64,000 nt of DNA, taken from the NCBI GenBank assembly GCA_050014195.1, contig JBEKDT010000002.1, forward strand, positions 153 through 64,152, read 5' to 3'. A program made the position numbers and the translations under genes. Every line of letters begins with the position of its first letter. The first letter of the stretch is position 1. This stretch comes from Desulfomonilia bacterium (GTDB lineage: Bacteria; Desulfobacterota; Desulfomonilia; UBA1062). This document shows, in pieces, positions 31,050-41,517 of the stretch. The notes beneath the pieces were generated by a model. It did no database searches. It saw only the letters and a program-made list of their open reading frames with translations, and was not told the DNA's origin.

Positions 31050-32951
31050 ATGATAGAAATGATAGGATTGATGGGATTGATTGTCTTAAGTCTTGTTGTT
31101 TTTACTCTACTGTTTATCATTCGCGGTTTTTGTTTGATTGGCCCCAATCAAGTAGGCATTCTTACTAAAAATATGTTTGGCAAAAAAATGCCTGAAGGAC
31201 AAATCATCGCGCGTCATGGGGAGATAGGAGTTCAGGCGAAGACTTTGATGCCCGGGCTCTACTGGAAGATGCCTATAATTTGGTCATTTACAAAAATTCC
31301 GGTAGTGACGGTAGATATTGCTAATATCGGTATCGTCGAATCTATTGACGGCGAACCACTTCCTAAAGGTAGAGTATTAGCCGACGAAGTCGAGTGTAAT
31401 CAATTTCAAGATGCAGAGATGTTCTTAGCCAACCATGGAAAGAAGGGACCGCAGGTTGGAATTTTACGTCCGGGCACCTATCGGATCAATTCCCGACTTT
31501 TCAATATTACCAAAGCTCCCGCGGTAAAAATAGATGAGAATACCATTGGTATCGCCGTTGCTAAAGATGGTATTCCCTTACCGACTGGCTATGTCCTCGC
31601 CCCGAAGGCTCAAAATGATGACGGTACCGAAGCAGACCACAGAGCTTATCAAAATGGGCAGCTCTTTATCGATAGCAAAGGATACCGGGGGCCGCAATTG
31701 GATACCCTGCAACCAGGAATATATTTTATCAATCCGAACTTATTTGATATTAAGGTTGCAAATGTCGCCGAGGTCCTTCCGGGATATGTGGCAGTAATCA
31801 GGTCCAACGTTGGGTTGGAGTTGGAGAGGACACTCGAAGGGCCCGAGCTAGCTACCAAAGAAGGGAAACTCGGCGGTCCGATCCATGAAGATGTTGAGAA
31901 AATACTGATAACCGATAAATACACTCGTGGTATTTGGAGAGAGCCCTTAGCCCCTGGTAAATACAATCTGAATTCGGTTGCTTTCACAGCATATCAAGTG
32001 CCTACTTCCGCCGTAACTATTGATTGGGCAACTGAGGGAAGAATCGGGACAGAGGTAAAGGGTGTTAAATCACCGGAGACTAAAGCTGCGGCGGTCCTAT
32101 ACAGTTTTGATCCCTTGAAGGTGACTTCTAAAGACGGCTTTCAACTGGAAGTCAATGTTCGAATGGTGATTCGAATTCAACCTGGTAATGCGGCTTACAT
32201 AATAGCTAGATTCGGGTCAGTGGCCAATCTGATTGATCAAATAGTACATCCGCTGATTGATTCATCTTTCAGAAATAAAGCCGGCGAGAAGAAAGCGATT
32301 GATTTTTTCCAAAGCCGGACGGACTTGCAGACAGAAGCACTGGCACACGCCAAAGAAAGGTTTTCTGAGTACAACGTAGAGGCTCAAAACTTACTCATTG
32401 CTTATATCGATATACCTAAGGATTTGTTGGATACACAAACCAAGAAGGAGATTGCCAATCAGCAGCAAGCCCAGTATGACCAGGAGGCGCTAGCTCAGGA
32501 AAAACGCATTGCGGTCATGGAAAAATCATCCCGGGCGGATAAACAGAAAGATGTTATTGATGCCAAATTATCTATAGATATCAATAATGATAGGGCTGAG
32601 GCCAAAGTTAAGGAGGCTGACGGTATCAGGCGCTCTGTGATTCTCCAAGCGCAAGGTACTAAAGAATCTACAATTCTGGTGGCTGACGGCAATTCTTATA
32701 AAAGTAAGATTGAGGGCGACGGTATTGCCGCTGCCTACAATGCCCAGAAGGATGCCATTGGTCAGCAGAATGTAGCGATAATCAAACTCATTCAAGAGAT
32801 AGCGGCTGGTAAGATTCAGATCGTGCCCCAGGTTCTGGTTAGTGGTGGGGATGGCGGGGTGAGCGGCAATCTATTAACTGCATGGTTAGCTCAAATGATT
32901 TCTCAGAACGTACCGAAAAATGAGGAAAAAGAGATAAATGCGGTTGAATAA
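31050..32951 (+). CDS. Flotillin-like SPFH/band-7 protein (YqiK-like) with N-terminal TM anchor
   Basis: N-terminal TM; repeated PGxYxxNxxLF segments; SPFH core; C-terminal Glu/Ala/Gln-rich coiled coil (QQQAQYDQEALAQEKRIAVMEK); 633 aa. Confidence 0.7.
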   Translation: MIEMIGLMGLIVLSLVVFTLLFIIRGFCLIGPNQVGILTKNMFGKKMPEGQIIARHGEIGVQAKTLMPGLYWKMPIIWSFTKIPVVTVDIANIGIVESIDGEPLPKGRVLADEVECNQFQDAEMFLANHGKKGPQVGILRPGTYRINSRLFNITKAPAVKIDENTIGIAVAKDGIPLPTGYVLAPKAQNDDGTEADHRAYQNGQLFIDSKGYRGPQLDTLQPGIYFINPNLFDIKVANVAEVLPGYVAVIRSNVGLELERTLEGPELATKEGKLGGPIHEDVEKILITDKYTRGIWREPLAPGKYNLNSVAFTAYQVPTSAVTIDWATEGRIGTEVKGVKSPETKAAAVLYSFDPLKVTSKDGFQLEVNVRMVIRIQPGNAAYIIARFGSVANLIDQIVHPLIDSSFRNKAGEKKAIDFFQSRTDLQTEALAHAKERFSEYNVEAQNLLIAYIDIPKDLLDTQTKKEIANQQQAQYDQEALAQEKRIAVMEKSSRADKQKDVIDAKLSIDINNDRAEAKVKEADGIRRSVILQAQGTKESTILVADGNSYKSKIEGDGIAAAYNAQKDAIGQQNVAIIKLIQEIAAGKIQIVPQVLVSGGDGGVSGNLLTAWLAQMISQNVPKNEEKEINAVE

Positions 32952-33184
32952 TCTGAGCAAGCGGTGAGGACATTCTTGAAATGTGATTGAGTGCAAAACC
33001 CATATAACCGCCCAACGAGACAATGCAGCCGACGGCTAACGCCGCGGCTGATTCGCACATCAGTATCGATATCTGTAATGGATGAGTAATTTTTCAAAGC
33101 TTTAGAAGCTATGATATCCGGATGAGATTGAATAAAGCTCCCGGTCTTATCTTGGTTTGAAGATCCTCACGCTATCTGCATCAA

Positions 33185-34051
33185 TTAAGTTATGAGAAGA
33201 TCAATCCCTCCTGTAACAGGGATTGCGGCGCCCGTAATGTACGAAGCCGCTTCGGAAGCAAGGAAAACAGCTACCTGTGCAACTTCTTCGGGGGTGCCCA
33301 TTCTCCTGAGGGCAGTACGCTTCTCGATCCGTTCAACCATCTTGTCATCATAGAGCTTTACTGCTTCGGTAGCGATAAATCCAGGACATACAGCATTTAC
33401 GGTAATTCCGTGTCTACCTCCCTCGATGGCGAGTGATTTCGTCAGACCAACGATGCCAGCCTTGGTGGCCCCGTATGAGGGCTGGAGCCATGCCCCCATG
33501 AGGCCTGCAATCGAAGAGACATTGATGATTCTCCCCCACCTCTTGTTTTTCATGGATTTCCAGACAACGCTTGTGCAATTGAATGAACCCGTGAGATTCA
33601 CCTTAAGGTCGCGCTCCCATTTCTCGGGGTCCTGCTCTTCGAACTTTCCAAAGTTGTCCATGACCGCTGCGTTGTTCACAAGAATATCGATCGGGCCGAG
33701 CTCTTCTTCCACCTCGCGCACCACTGTACCGACTTCCTCAAAATTTGAGACATCCATCTTTTTTGCGCAGCTCTTCGATCCCATGACAATGATTTCCTTG
33801 GCCGTAGCGATGGTCTTTATCTCGCCTTTCTGTGAAAAATGGCCTGCAAGAGGGCTATAGGTGCTGAGTCTCTGATTGTCATAATTGGCGTCTTCAACCA
33901 GAAGATCGGTCACGGCAACAGCGGCACCGGCAGCTCCCAGGGCCAGAGCAATGGCCCGGCCGATTCCGCGTGATGCACCTGTCACGAGTGCAGTCTTTCC
34001 CTCTAGCACCTTTGCTTGCATCTTTTCACATTTCATAGCTCCACTAAGCAT
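33185..34051 (-). CDS. SDR family oxidoreductase (3-oxoacyl-reductase-like)
   Basis: TGASRGIGRAIA, NNAA and YGATKAG (YxxxK) motifs; the true start is probably the internal Met (MQAKVLEGK). Confidence 0.85.
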   Translation of the reverse strand: MLSGAMKCEKMQAKVLEGKTALVTGASRGIGRAIALALGAAGAAVAVTDLLVEDANYDNQRLSTYSPLAGHFSQKGEIKTIATAKEIIVMGSKSCAKKMDVSNFEEVGTVVREVEEELGPIDILVNNAAVMDNFGKFEEQDPEKWERDLKVNLTGSFNCTSVVWKSMKNKRWGRIINVSSIAGLMGAWLQPSYGATKAGIVGLTKSLAIEGGRHGITVNAVCPGFIATEAVKLYDDKMVERIEKRTALRRMGTPEEVAQVAVFLASEAASYITGAAIPVTGGIDLLIT

Positions 34052-34057
34052 TCTGAA

Positions 34058-35125
34058 TTATTTAGTACTTTTAATTCGCCTATTGGAGGTATCAATACCC
34101 AGAAGACGACCCAGATTGCCGCCGAACATCTTTGCCCTGTCCTCGTCCGTGATGGGCTGATACCCGTACTGCATCTGCAGGTCCTCGGGGATCTGGAAGT
34201 CTCTCAGACCCATGACCGCGCCCCTGATCTGGGCGGCATACCCGGCATAGTCCGTGCCCCAGGTGATCTTGTCCGGACCGACCCACCTCATGGCCTCGCC
34301 CAGAAGCTTGGCAAATTTACGCGGCGCCGTAACGGACCAAGGCACCAGCAGGCTCATGCAGATATAGACATTCGGGTGCTGCATGGCGATCATGTTGAGG
34401 TCGTCGCTGTACGGATACCCCATGTGGAAGGCGTTTATCTTGAGCTCGGGAAAATCACGGGCCACGTCATCGAGCTGGACCGGCAGGGCATACTTGCTCT
34501 TTCCGGGCGGCACCCAGCAGAATCCTGTGTGGATATCGAGCACGATGCCAAGCTCCTGGGCCTTCTCATAGAACGGCCATATCTCTGGGTCGTTCATGTA
34601 TGTGTCTTCCGGCGGGTAGAACTTGAAGATCTTCGCGCCTTTCTCCTTGACCCAGTAGGTCATCTCCTTGATGGTGTTCTGAACACCCTTGTGCTTGATG
34701 GGCGAGACATTGGGCTGATACATGAACCGGTCAGGATTGGTTTCCACGATCTTGGCCATCTGGCCGTTGGTCACCCAACGGGCCGTGTATCCGGTGGAGT
34801 CCATCATGGATTCGGGCAGCAGGCAGGCGATGTCGACACCGTACTTGTCCATGGCCCAGATAATGTTCTCAGGTGAAGCATCCTTGGTCGCTTCTCGTTC
34901 TTCCATACCCTCGGCATACGGTGCCAGCATTTCCCACGGGGCTCCGGTCATGAGCGGCCTCTTGATATTCTCAATGGCCCTCCACCACATTTGCACACCC
35001 GGGAAATAGTTCAGATGATCCATATCCCCGATGAGGTGGCACTCCGGGTCGACCTTGAAATAATTGTCTGTTCCTTTGGCAGCAGTAGTCATAGATAATA
35101 ACTCCTTTTTCCTATGTTTGTTCAT
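34058..35125 (-). CDS. Amidohydrolase-2 (PF04909-like) metal-dependent hydrolase
   Basis: TIM-barrel hydrolase pattern with LDIHTG, WGTDYAG and MFGGNLGRLLG C-terminal motifs. Confidence 0.6.
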   Translation of the reverse strand: MNKHRKKELLSMTTAAKGTDNYFKVDPECHLIGDMDHLNYFPGVQMWWRAIENIKRPLMTGAPWEMLAPYAEGMEEREATKDASPENIIWAMDKYGVDIACLLPESMMDSTGYTARWVTNGQMAKIVETNPDRFMYQPNVSPIKHKGVQNTIKEMTYWVKEKGAKIFKFYPPEDTYMNDPEIWPFYEKAQELGIVLDIHTGFCWVPPGKSKYALPVQLDDVARDFPELKINAFHMGYPYSDDLNMIAMQHPNVYICMSLLVPWSVTAPRKFAKLLGEAMRWVGPDKITWGTDYAGYAAQIRGAVMGLRDFQIPEDLQMQYGYQPITDEDRAKMFGGNLGRLLGIDTSNRRIKSTK

Positions 35126-35172
35126 GAGTCATTCAACTTTCTTCCTTTTGAATGCTTACCTCATTCCGGTCC

Positions 35173-36531
35173 CTACCGTGGCGTACGCCCCTGCAGCGGC
35201 CTCCAGCTCTTTTCGATATAGCCTAATTCGTTCCTCCACCACGGACGATCAAGTGATGGCATAGGCGCTCTCATCACACCCTCGGGGATAAGAGACTCAT
35301 GTTTCTGCCACGGGCCGATCTTGTATTCATCCATGGCATATTCCCTGCCCAAGTTCGGATTTTGCGTGCATGCGGGAGTAAGCGCAGCAAGGAAGCGCAT
35401 GACACATGTGTTGCATCGCGAGCACCGGACGATCTCTTTTTCTTTTCCGGCTTCAAGCTTGTTCACGTATTCCGGGTCGCAGTAAAGCTGCCTTCCCATT
35501 GCCTGGAGGTCGTACTTGCCTTCGGCAATGTTCTTTTCGATCTTGACCGGATCGTGCTGAGAGGAAACAATAACAGGGATCTTGAGCGCCTTCTTGAATG
35601 CCTCTCCATGCTCGGGGATGTGCCTGGAACGGTCCATGTCCGTGATGAGGTGGCCGCTTTCCTCGTAGCCGGCACCGTCGGACAAACTGATATAATCCAT
35701 TCCGATAGCCTCCAGGTCCTTCGCAACATCGATCATCTCTTCCTCCGTCAGGCCGCCCTGCATATGCTCTTCCGCACTAATCCGGCACCCGACGGCAACA
35801 CCCGGGCAGGCATAGCGGATCTGTTCGGCGACCTCCATGAGGAAACGCTTGCGGTTGCGCCATTCTCCGCCGTACATATCCGTGCGTTTATTGGAAAGAG
35901 GAGATAAGAACTGATGCTCGAGATAGCCGTGCGGGCCGTGAATCTCTATGGCATCGAACCCACAGACGACTGCGAGCTGGCAGCTATTGGCGAATTCCTT
36001 CTGTTCGCTGCGGATCTCTTCTATGGACATCTCCCGCGTCATTTGCCCTGTCATATAGTATCTAGTATATTCAATAGCGCTATAAAGATCCGCGAGATGG
36101 TTGGGCGATTTTTCAGCTGCTATCTCATAGGGCAGACCGGCAGTCGCAGCCGGGGCCAGCATATGGTGATCATAAGAATGACCCTGTCTGCCGAAACCAA
36201 TGGTCATCTGAGCCGCCACCCTGGACCCGAAATAGTGAATTCTGTCGGTCAGGCTGCCTAGTCCATGCATGTGTCCCTGATGGTAGAGATGCGGATTCCT
36301 GCCCGCTGGAAATTCTCCCGCCAGCTTGGTGCCCATGATCGCACCCGTTGTGATCAGTCCGGTGCCTCCTTTTGCACGAGCGCCAAAATATGCAATATAC
36401 GGTTCCCCCACTTCACCATGCGCCCCTGATAATGCCTCGTTCATCGGAGCCATTACGATCCTGTTCTTCAGATCGATGGGACCGATCTTAATAGGTGACA
36501 GGATGTGCTTGAATTCACTTTTGCTCGACAT
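35173..36531 (-). CDS. Old-yellow-enzyme family NADH:flavin oxidoreductase with 4Fe-4S cysteine cluster (2,4-dienoyl-CoA reductase N-domain-like)
   Basis: OYE N-terminus IGPIDLKNRIVMAPM, and C-terminal CSRCNTC...C like the Fe-S motif of FadH-type enzymes. It lacks the C-terminal FAD/NAD domain. Confidence 0.7.
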   Translation of the reverse strand: MSSKSEFKHILSPIKIGPIDLKNRIVMAPMNEALSGAHGEVGEPYIAYFGARAKGGTGLITTGAIMGTKLAGEFPAGRNPHLYHQGHMHGLGSLTDRIHYFGSRVAAQMTIGFGRQGHSYDHHMLAPAATAGLPYEIAAEKSPNHLADLYSAIEYTRYYMTGQMTREMSIEEIRSEQKEFANSCQLAVVCGFDAIEIHGPHGYLEHQFLSPLSNKRTDMYGGEWRNRKRFLMEVAEQIRYACPGVAVGCRISAEEHMQGGLTEEEMIDVAKDLEAIGMDYISLSDGAGYEESGHLITDMDRSRHIPEHGEAFKKALKIPVIVSSQHDPVKIEKNIAEGKYDLQAMGRQLYCDPEYVNKLEAGKEKEIVRCSRCNTCVMRFLAALTPACTQNPNLGREYAMDEYKIGPWQKHESLIPEGVMRAPMPSLDRPWWRNELGYIEKSWRPLQGRTPR

Positions 36532-36576
36532 GTTGTAGCCTCCTTTTTGATATGTTGTTCATGTTACCGAAACTGC

Positions 36577-38190
36577 TCAGCTGATCATCCGGTCCTTTCC
36601 TTCCCAGAACTTCTGCTTGATCTCCTTCTTCATGATCTTGCCGATGATGGTCTTGGGCAGGTCTTCCCAGAAGGAAACCGCCTTGGGGCACTTGTAGCCC
36701 GCCAAGGTTTTCTTGCAGTGGTCGATGATGTCCTGTTCCGTTGCTTCTGCGCCGGGCTTCAATACCACCACGGCGCGCACGATCTCGCCCCACCCCTCGC
36801 CGGGGGACGAAACTACAGAGCACTCCCTCACCGCCGGGTGGGCGTAGATCACATCTTCGACCTCTTTCGGGTAGACATTCTCGCCGCCCGAGATGATCAT
36901 GTCCGCCTTGCGGTCGGTCATGAAGATGTACCCATCCGCGTCCATGTAACCCATGTCTCCGGTATGGTACCAACCACCCTTAAGCACCTCTGCGTTCAGC
37001 TTCGGGTTCTTCCAGTACCCCTTCATAATGTGTTTGCCGCGAGCACAGATCTCACCGATTTCACCTGGACCAAGGGTGTTGTCATCCTCGTCCACGACCT
37101 TGACACGCGAGCAGGGGGAAGCCTTGCCGGCACTGGTAAGGTATTTGGCTTTCGGACCCTCAAGGTAATGATCATCCCAGCTCAGCATGGTCACGGGGGC
37201 ACCCGCGGTCTCGGTGGAGCCGTAGCCCTGGCCGAAGATGTTGCCGAACCTTTTAATACAACGTATCAGGACCTCGGTCGGGAAAGGGCTGCCCGCATAG
37301 GACAGGATACGCAGGCTGGACAGATCGTATTTCTCGATATTGGGATAGTCCGCCATCCAGCCGTAGATCGTGGGCACCAGGTTCATGTGCGTGCATTTTT
37401 CGTCCTGGATGAGCTGAAAGATCGTGTCGAGATTGGGTTTGCGGTTGATGCAGACCTTACCGCACACGTTCATGATGGCCAGGATCGGCCACCAGGAAAC
37501 ATGGAAGATGGGCAGCACGTAACAGGTTGCGTCGTCCCGGTTCAGGTTCATGCTCAAGGCGGCCATGGTGCCGGAGAGCATGACGTTGCGGTGCGAAAGC
37601 ATCACTCCCTTGGGCAGGCCGGTGGTGCCGCCGGTGTACATGAGGATGGCGAGGTCGTCCTCCTGTACATCATAGAGGTCCGGGTCGGGTTCGTCATCCG
37701 TGGCCCCGGCCAGGAGAGCATCGTAGTCGAGAAAGCCATCCACGGGCTTGTCGAAGCTGATCCAGGATGTTATGTTTTTCAACTGCGGCTTGAAGTTCCG
37801 TACCTTCTCCTCATACCCGTCGCCCACGACCAGACGGGTGGCCTCGCTGTCATTCATGATGAACACCAGTTCCTCGTCACCCAGGCGGGTATTGAGCGGA
37901 GTGACGCTCATGCCGAGCTTGGCGGCCGCAAAATAGGCCTCCAGATACTTGGCGCAGTTGTCGGCCATGATAGTCATGCGATCGCCTTGCTTGCATCCCA
38001 GTGCAATCAGGGCATTGGCAAACTGGTTGATGCGGGCATTGAATTGGCGATAGGTCCAGCGTGAACCTTCAAACACGACCGCGATGCGATCCGGATAGTA
38101 GGCCGCCGCGGTGCGGGGAATATCACCAAGGGTGTACATCGTGCGCCTCCTCTTCTGGGGGCGGCCACTTTCGCGGCCCCCCACATGCAT
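36577..38190 (-). CDS. Acyl-CoA synthetase (AMP-forming ligase)
   Basis: YTGGTTGLPKGV AMP-binding motif; the start is probably at MYTLGDIP (~38139). Confidence 0.85.
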   Translation of the reverse strand: MHVGGRESGRPQKRRRTMYTLGDIPRTAAAYYPDRIAVVFEGSRWTYRQFNARINQFANALIALGCKQGDRMTIMADNCAKYLEAYFAAAKLGMSVTPLNTRLGDEELVFIMNDSEATRLVVGDGYEEKVRNFKPQLKNITSWISFDKPVDGFLDYDALLAGATDDEPDPDLYDVQEDDLAILMYTGGTTGLPKGVMLSHRNVMLSGTMAALSMNLNRDDATCYVLPIFHVSWWPILAIMNVCGKVCINRKPNLDTIFQLIQDEKCTHMNLVPTIYGWMADYPNIEKYDLSSLRILSYAGSPFPTEVLIRCIKRFGNIFGQGYGSTETAGAPVTMLSWDDHYLEGPKAKYLTSAGKASPCSRVKVVDEDDNTLGPGEIGEICARGKHIMKGYWKNPKLNAEVLKGGWYHTGDMGYMDADGYIFMTDRKADMIISGGENVYPKEVEDVIYAHPAVRECSVVSSPGEGWGEIVRAVVVLKPGAEATEQDIIDHCKKTLAGYKCPKAVSFWEDLPKTIIGKIMKKEIKQKFWEGKDRMIS

Positions 38191-38196
38191 ATTTAA

Positions 38197-39360
38197 TCAC
38201 GGCCAGGACTTGGGCAGGCCCTGGAACTGCATGAGTATGTTGCGGCTCATCTCGTTCGAGATGGGCGAGAACTGGATCTGATAGGCGTCGCGCAAAAACA
38301 TGGACACCGGGTATTCGTTGCAGATGCCATAGCCGCCGAAGATCTCGGCCCCATAGGTGCCGGCGTGGCGCGCGCCCTCCGCGGCCACCAGCTTGGCCAT
38401 GGTGGCCTCAAGGTGATAGGGCTTGCCGTTATCGCAGAGCCAGGCGGCCTTGTACGTCAGGTTGCGTGAGTTCTCCAGGTTGATGTACATGTCCGCCAGA
38501 TAGTTCTGGAGGATCTGGAACCGGCTGATGGGCCCGCCGAAGGCGTTACGCTCCTTGACGTACTTGAAGCAGAAATCATAGATGGCGGCGATGATGCCGA
38601 CACCCATCATGGCCACGCCGATACGTTCCGGGTTGAGCACGGTCATGATCTCGTAGAAGGCATTGCCGCGCGTGCCCAACATGTTTTCCTTGGGAACTTC
38701 CACATTGTCATAGAATATCTCCACACTTTCACAATGATGACAGCTGATTTTTCCAATCTTTCGAATCGTTATGCCTGGAGTCTGGCGAGGGACCATTATT
38801 GTAGTCCATGATTTACTTTTTTTGGCATCTCTTTCTGTCTTACAGACGGTAATCAGGGAATCCGCCACATGAGCCCCGGTGATAAATATTTTTTGCCCGT
38901 TGATGACCCACCGATCACCCTTGTCTTCGGCAAAAGCAGATAGAGCCCCCAGGATATCCGTGCCGCCGCCAGGTTCGGTCAATGCCATGCAAGTTTTGAA
39001 TTTGCCTTCAGCTATAAGTGGCAGATACTTTTCTTTTTGCTCCTTTGTGCCCAATTCTCCAATGAAACGAACACCAAATCCCGCTGTAGTGCCTACCGCC
39101 AAAGCAACAGACATGGACGCCTTACAGATTTGCTCAAAGCCTACCATTACGTCGATCATCCCCAGGCCTTGCCCCCCGTATTCAACCGGCACCGCTGCGG
39201 AAAACATCCCTAAATCAGCGAATTTTTGCCAAAGATCGTCCGGAGGAAAATCAACATTTTCATCCATCCATTTCACATATTCATAATTTAACTCCTTCGC
39301 GCAGAACCGCTGCATGGTCTGTTGCACAAGGAGCTGTTCCTCGGTAAATCCGAAATCCAT
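38197..39360 (-). CDS. Acyl-CoA dehydrogenase
   Basis: ACAD three-domain pattern (N-terminal helices, central beta domain, C-terminal YEIMTV...GG region with GGYG); 387 aa. Confidence 0.85.
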   Translation of the reverse strand: MDFGFTEEQLLVQQTMQRFCAKELNYEYVKWMDENVDFPPDDLWQKFADLGMFSAAVPVEYGGQGLGMIDVMVGFEQICKASMSVALAVGTTAGFGVRFIGELGTKEQKEKYLPLIAEGKFKTCMALTEPGGGTDILGALSAFAEDKGDRWVINGQKIFITGAHVADSLITVCKTERDAKKSKSWTTIMVPRQTPGITIRKIGKISCHHCESVEIFYDNVEVPKENMLGTRGNAFYEIMTVLNPERIGVAMMGVGIIAAIYDFCFKYVKERNAFGGPISRFQILQNYLADMYINLENSRNLTYKAAWLCDNGKPYHLEATMAKLVAAEGARHAGTYGAEIFGGYGICNEYPVSMFLRDAYQIQFSPISNEMSRNILMQFQGLPKSWP

Positions 39361-39384
39361 GGCCTTCCTCCTATCTTTCTTTGG

Positions 39385-40188
39385 CTAAGGCATATTTCTC
39401 ACAATGCTCGGTTCGATCATGTACCAGAGACGCTCCGGCATTATCCTCGCTGCCACATACGCAATTTTATTCCCCACACCGGGAATACATAACACGCTGT
39501 TCTTTTTCTTCAGCTCACGCAATGAAGCGATAATGACTTCTTCAGGCCGCATCCATTTTCTTGTGGGTTTGTCCTCTATTACATTCATGTCTACATCGAT
39601 GCCTCTACCGAGGTCAGTTCTCGTGAAGCCGGGAAGCAAACACTGAACCTTCACTCCATAGGCCCTTGCCTCACAATGGAGGCACATGGAAAAATTTTTC
39701 ATGAATGCCTTGGCGGAACTGTACGTAGTGCTCAGGGACATGGGAGTAACCGCTTGAAGGGACGCCACATTGATAATAGTCCCGGATCTTCTTTCTATCA
39801 TGCCGGGAAGGACTGCATGGGTCAGCTTCATCATAGCAACCACATGTACAAGAACCATCTTTTCCTGCTCAACAATGTCTTCCTGGTAGTAGAAGCCCTT
39901 TGTAGTGAATCCGGCGTTGTTTACCAGGATATCGACTGGACAATCTTTCTTGATTTGCTCAACGAGTAGATCAACATCCCTTTCATCTGATAATTCAGTG
40001 ATTACTACATTAACTCTCACCCCAAACTTTTTTTCGATCTCACGTGCGACGTTCTCGATGATATTTCTTCTCCGGCCGGTGATGATGAGATCGTAACCCC
40101 GTTCTGCCAGACCATGGGCATATGCGGCACCGATGCCACTTGTTGCACCGGTGATCACAGCTTTTTTTCTTCCATTTGGTGTGAGCAT
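39385..40188 (-). CDS. SDR family oxidoreductase
   Basis: TGATSGIGAAYA, NNAG and YSSAKAF motifs. Confidence 0.85.
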   Translation of the reverse strand: MLTPNGRKKAVITGATSGIGAAYAHGLAERGYDLIITGRRRNIIENVAREIEKKFGVRVNVVITELSDERDVDLLVEQIKKDCPVDILVNNAGFTTKGFYYQEDIVEQEKMVLVHVVAMMKLTHAVLPGMIERRSGTIINVASLQAVTPMSLSTTYSSAKAFMKNFSMCLHCEARAYGVKVQCLLPGFTRTDLGRGIDVDMNVIEDKPTRKWMRPEEVIIASLRELKKKNSVLCIPGVGNKIAYVAARIMPERLWYMIEPSIVRNMP

Positions 40189-40262
40189 TAATAGTTCACC
40201 TTACTCCTCAATAACCTCAATTCGATCATATCGAGGCAATCCCTTCATCCTTTGGGGTCTCC

Positions 40263-41087
40263 TTACTTTTTCTTGTCCGAGGCGACATTGGCCTGTTTCT
40301 GAGCGGCCACCAGAACCTCAGGCTTTTCGCGTAAGGTGTCCATCACCGCCTGGATGTCAGGGGAATAGATCAGCCACTGGATGGCATTGCGTTCCAGAGC
40401 CAGGGCCGCATCCAGGCTGCCGCACTCCAGCGAGCGCCCCATGACCTCCTTGGCCATGCGCAAGGCAATGACCTTCTTGGAGCTGATGTTCGTCACTACT
40501 TCGTTGAACTTGGCTTCGAACTCGTCGTCCTTGAACACGCGGGTGAGGAATCCCATCTCGTACATGTCCCTGGCCAGGAAATCCTTGCGGCCGCTGTAGA
40601 TGATTTCGCGTGCCCTGTAGATGGGCATGGCACGAGCAATGCGCACCGTACCGCCCCATCCGGGCAGAATACCCATGTTGATTTCGGTGGTGCCGAACTT
40701 CGCTGACTCCTTGGCATAGATCAGGTCACACATAAGCGCCAGCTCGAGACCGCCTGCAAGACAGTGGCCTGTTACCTTGGCGATGACCACCTTCTCGCAG
40801 AGCTCGATGGCCTTGCCGATACCGTAACCATCATGCGCAAGCCAGTTCATGGATTCCGTGTGCTCGGCAAGGGATGGGAACACGCTCAGATCGCCGCCTG
40901 TGCAGAAGGCCTTGCCCTGCCCGGTGAGAACTACAACCGCAACATCGGCTTCATCTCTTACCTTACGGAATGCATCCAGGAGTTCCGAGGCCATCTCACG
41001 GTTGATGGCATTGTACTTATCCGGCCGGTTGAGCGTTATGGAGCAGACTGGGACGTTGATCTCATAAAGGATGGTAGTATATTCCAC
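40263..41087 (-). CDS. Enoyl-CoA hydratase/isomerase (crotonase family)
   Basis: Crotonase fold motifs VLTGQGKAFCTGGDL and AKVTGHCLAGGLELALMCDL. Confidence 0.85.
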   Translation of the reverse strand: MEYTTILYEINVPVCSITLNRPDKYNAINREMASELLDAFRKVRDEADVAVVVLTGQGKAFCTGGDLSVFPSLAEHTESMNWLAHDGYGIGKAIELCEKVVIAKVTGHCLAGGLELALMCDLIYAKESAKFGTTEINMGILPGWGGTVRIARAMPIYRAREIIYSGRKDFLARDMYEMGFLTRVFKDDEFEAKFNEVVTNISSKKVIALRMAKEVMGRSLECGSLDAALALERNAIQWLIYSPDIQAVMDTLREKPEVLVAAQKQANVASDKKK

Positions 41088-41102
41088 TGAGTACCTCCTG
41101 AA

Positions 41103-41516
41103 TTACTTCTTAGCCGGCCTGAAATATGGCAGGAAAAAACCTTCGCGCTCGTGGAAAACCACCTCGACCTCCATGTCGAACTTGATGTCCTCGGGTTTGC
41201 ACTCCACGATCCTAGTCATCATGCGGATACCCTCATCCAGGTCGACATAGGCTATCGTATAGGGCAGTTCGTCCATAAATTTGGGCTCCACCATGCTGTA
41301 TGCCGTTGAGAAGGTTAAGATCTTCCCTTTGCCGCTGGCCTCTTTCCAGTCCAGATTGCCTGACCAACACTCGGGGCAGAATTTTCTGGGGTAGAATATG
41401 TTCGAGCCGCAGTCCTTGCAGAACTGGATGAAGAGCTTGCCCTGCTTTGTGCCCTCCCAGAATTTCTCGGACCATGGCTGCGTCTCGGGGACGGGTTTGG
41501 TCATATCAAAATCCAT
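41103..41516 (-). CDS. Zn-ribbon/OB-fold DUF35 protein (partner of SCP-x-type thiolase)
   Basis: CKDCGSNIFYPRKFCPECWS rubredoxin-like ribbon followed by an OB fold; 2-nt gap to the thiolase gene. Confidence 0.8.
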   Translation of the reverse strand: MDFDMTKPVPETQPWSEKFWEGTKQGKLFIQFCKDCGSNIFYPRKFCPECWSGNLDWKEASGKGKILTFSTAYSMVEPKFMDELPYTIAYVDLDEGIRMMTRIVECKPEDIKFDMEVEVVFHEREGFFLPYFRPAKK

Positions 41517-41517
41517 G

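Noticed and set aside
34016-34876. 286-aa ORF on + strand
   Set aside because: It is antisense to the amidohydrolase gene; it is a shadow ORF.
36505-38064. 519-aa ORF on + strand
   Set aside because: It is antisense to the AMP-binding acyl-CoA synthetase, whose YTGGTTGLPKGV motif confirms the minus-strand frame. It is a typical GC-rich shadow ORF with Arg/Gly/His-rich low-complexity translation.
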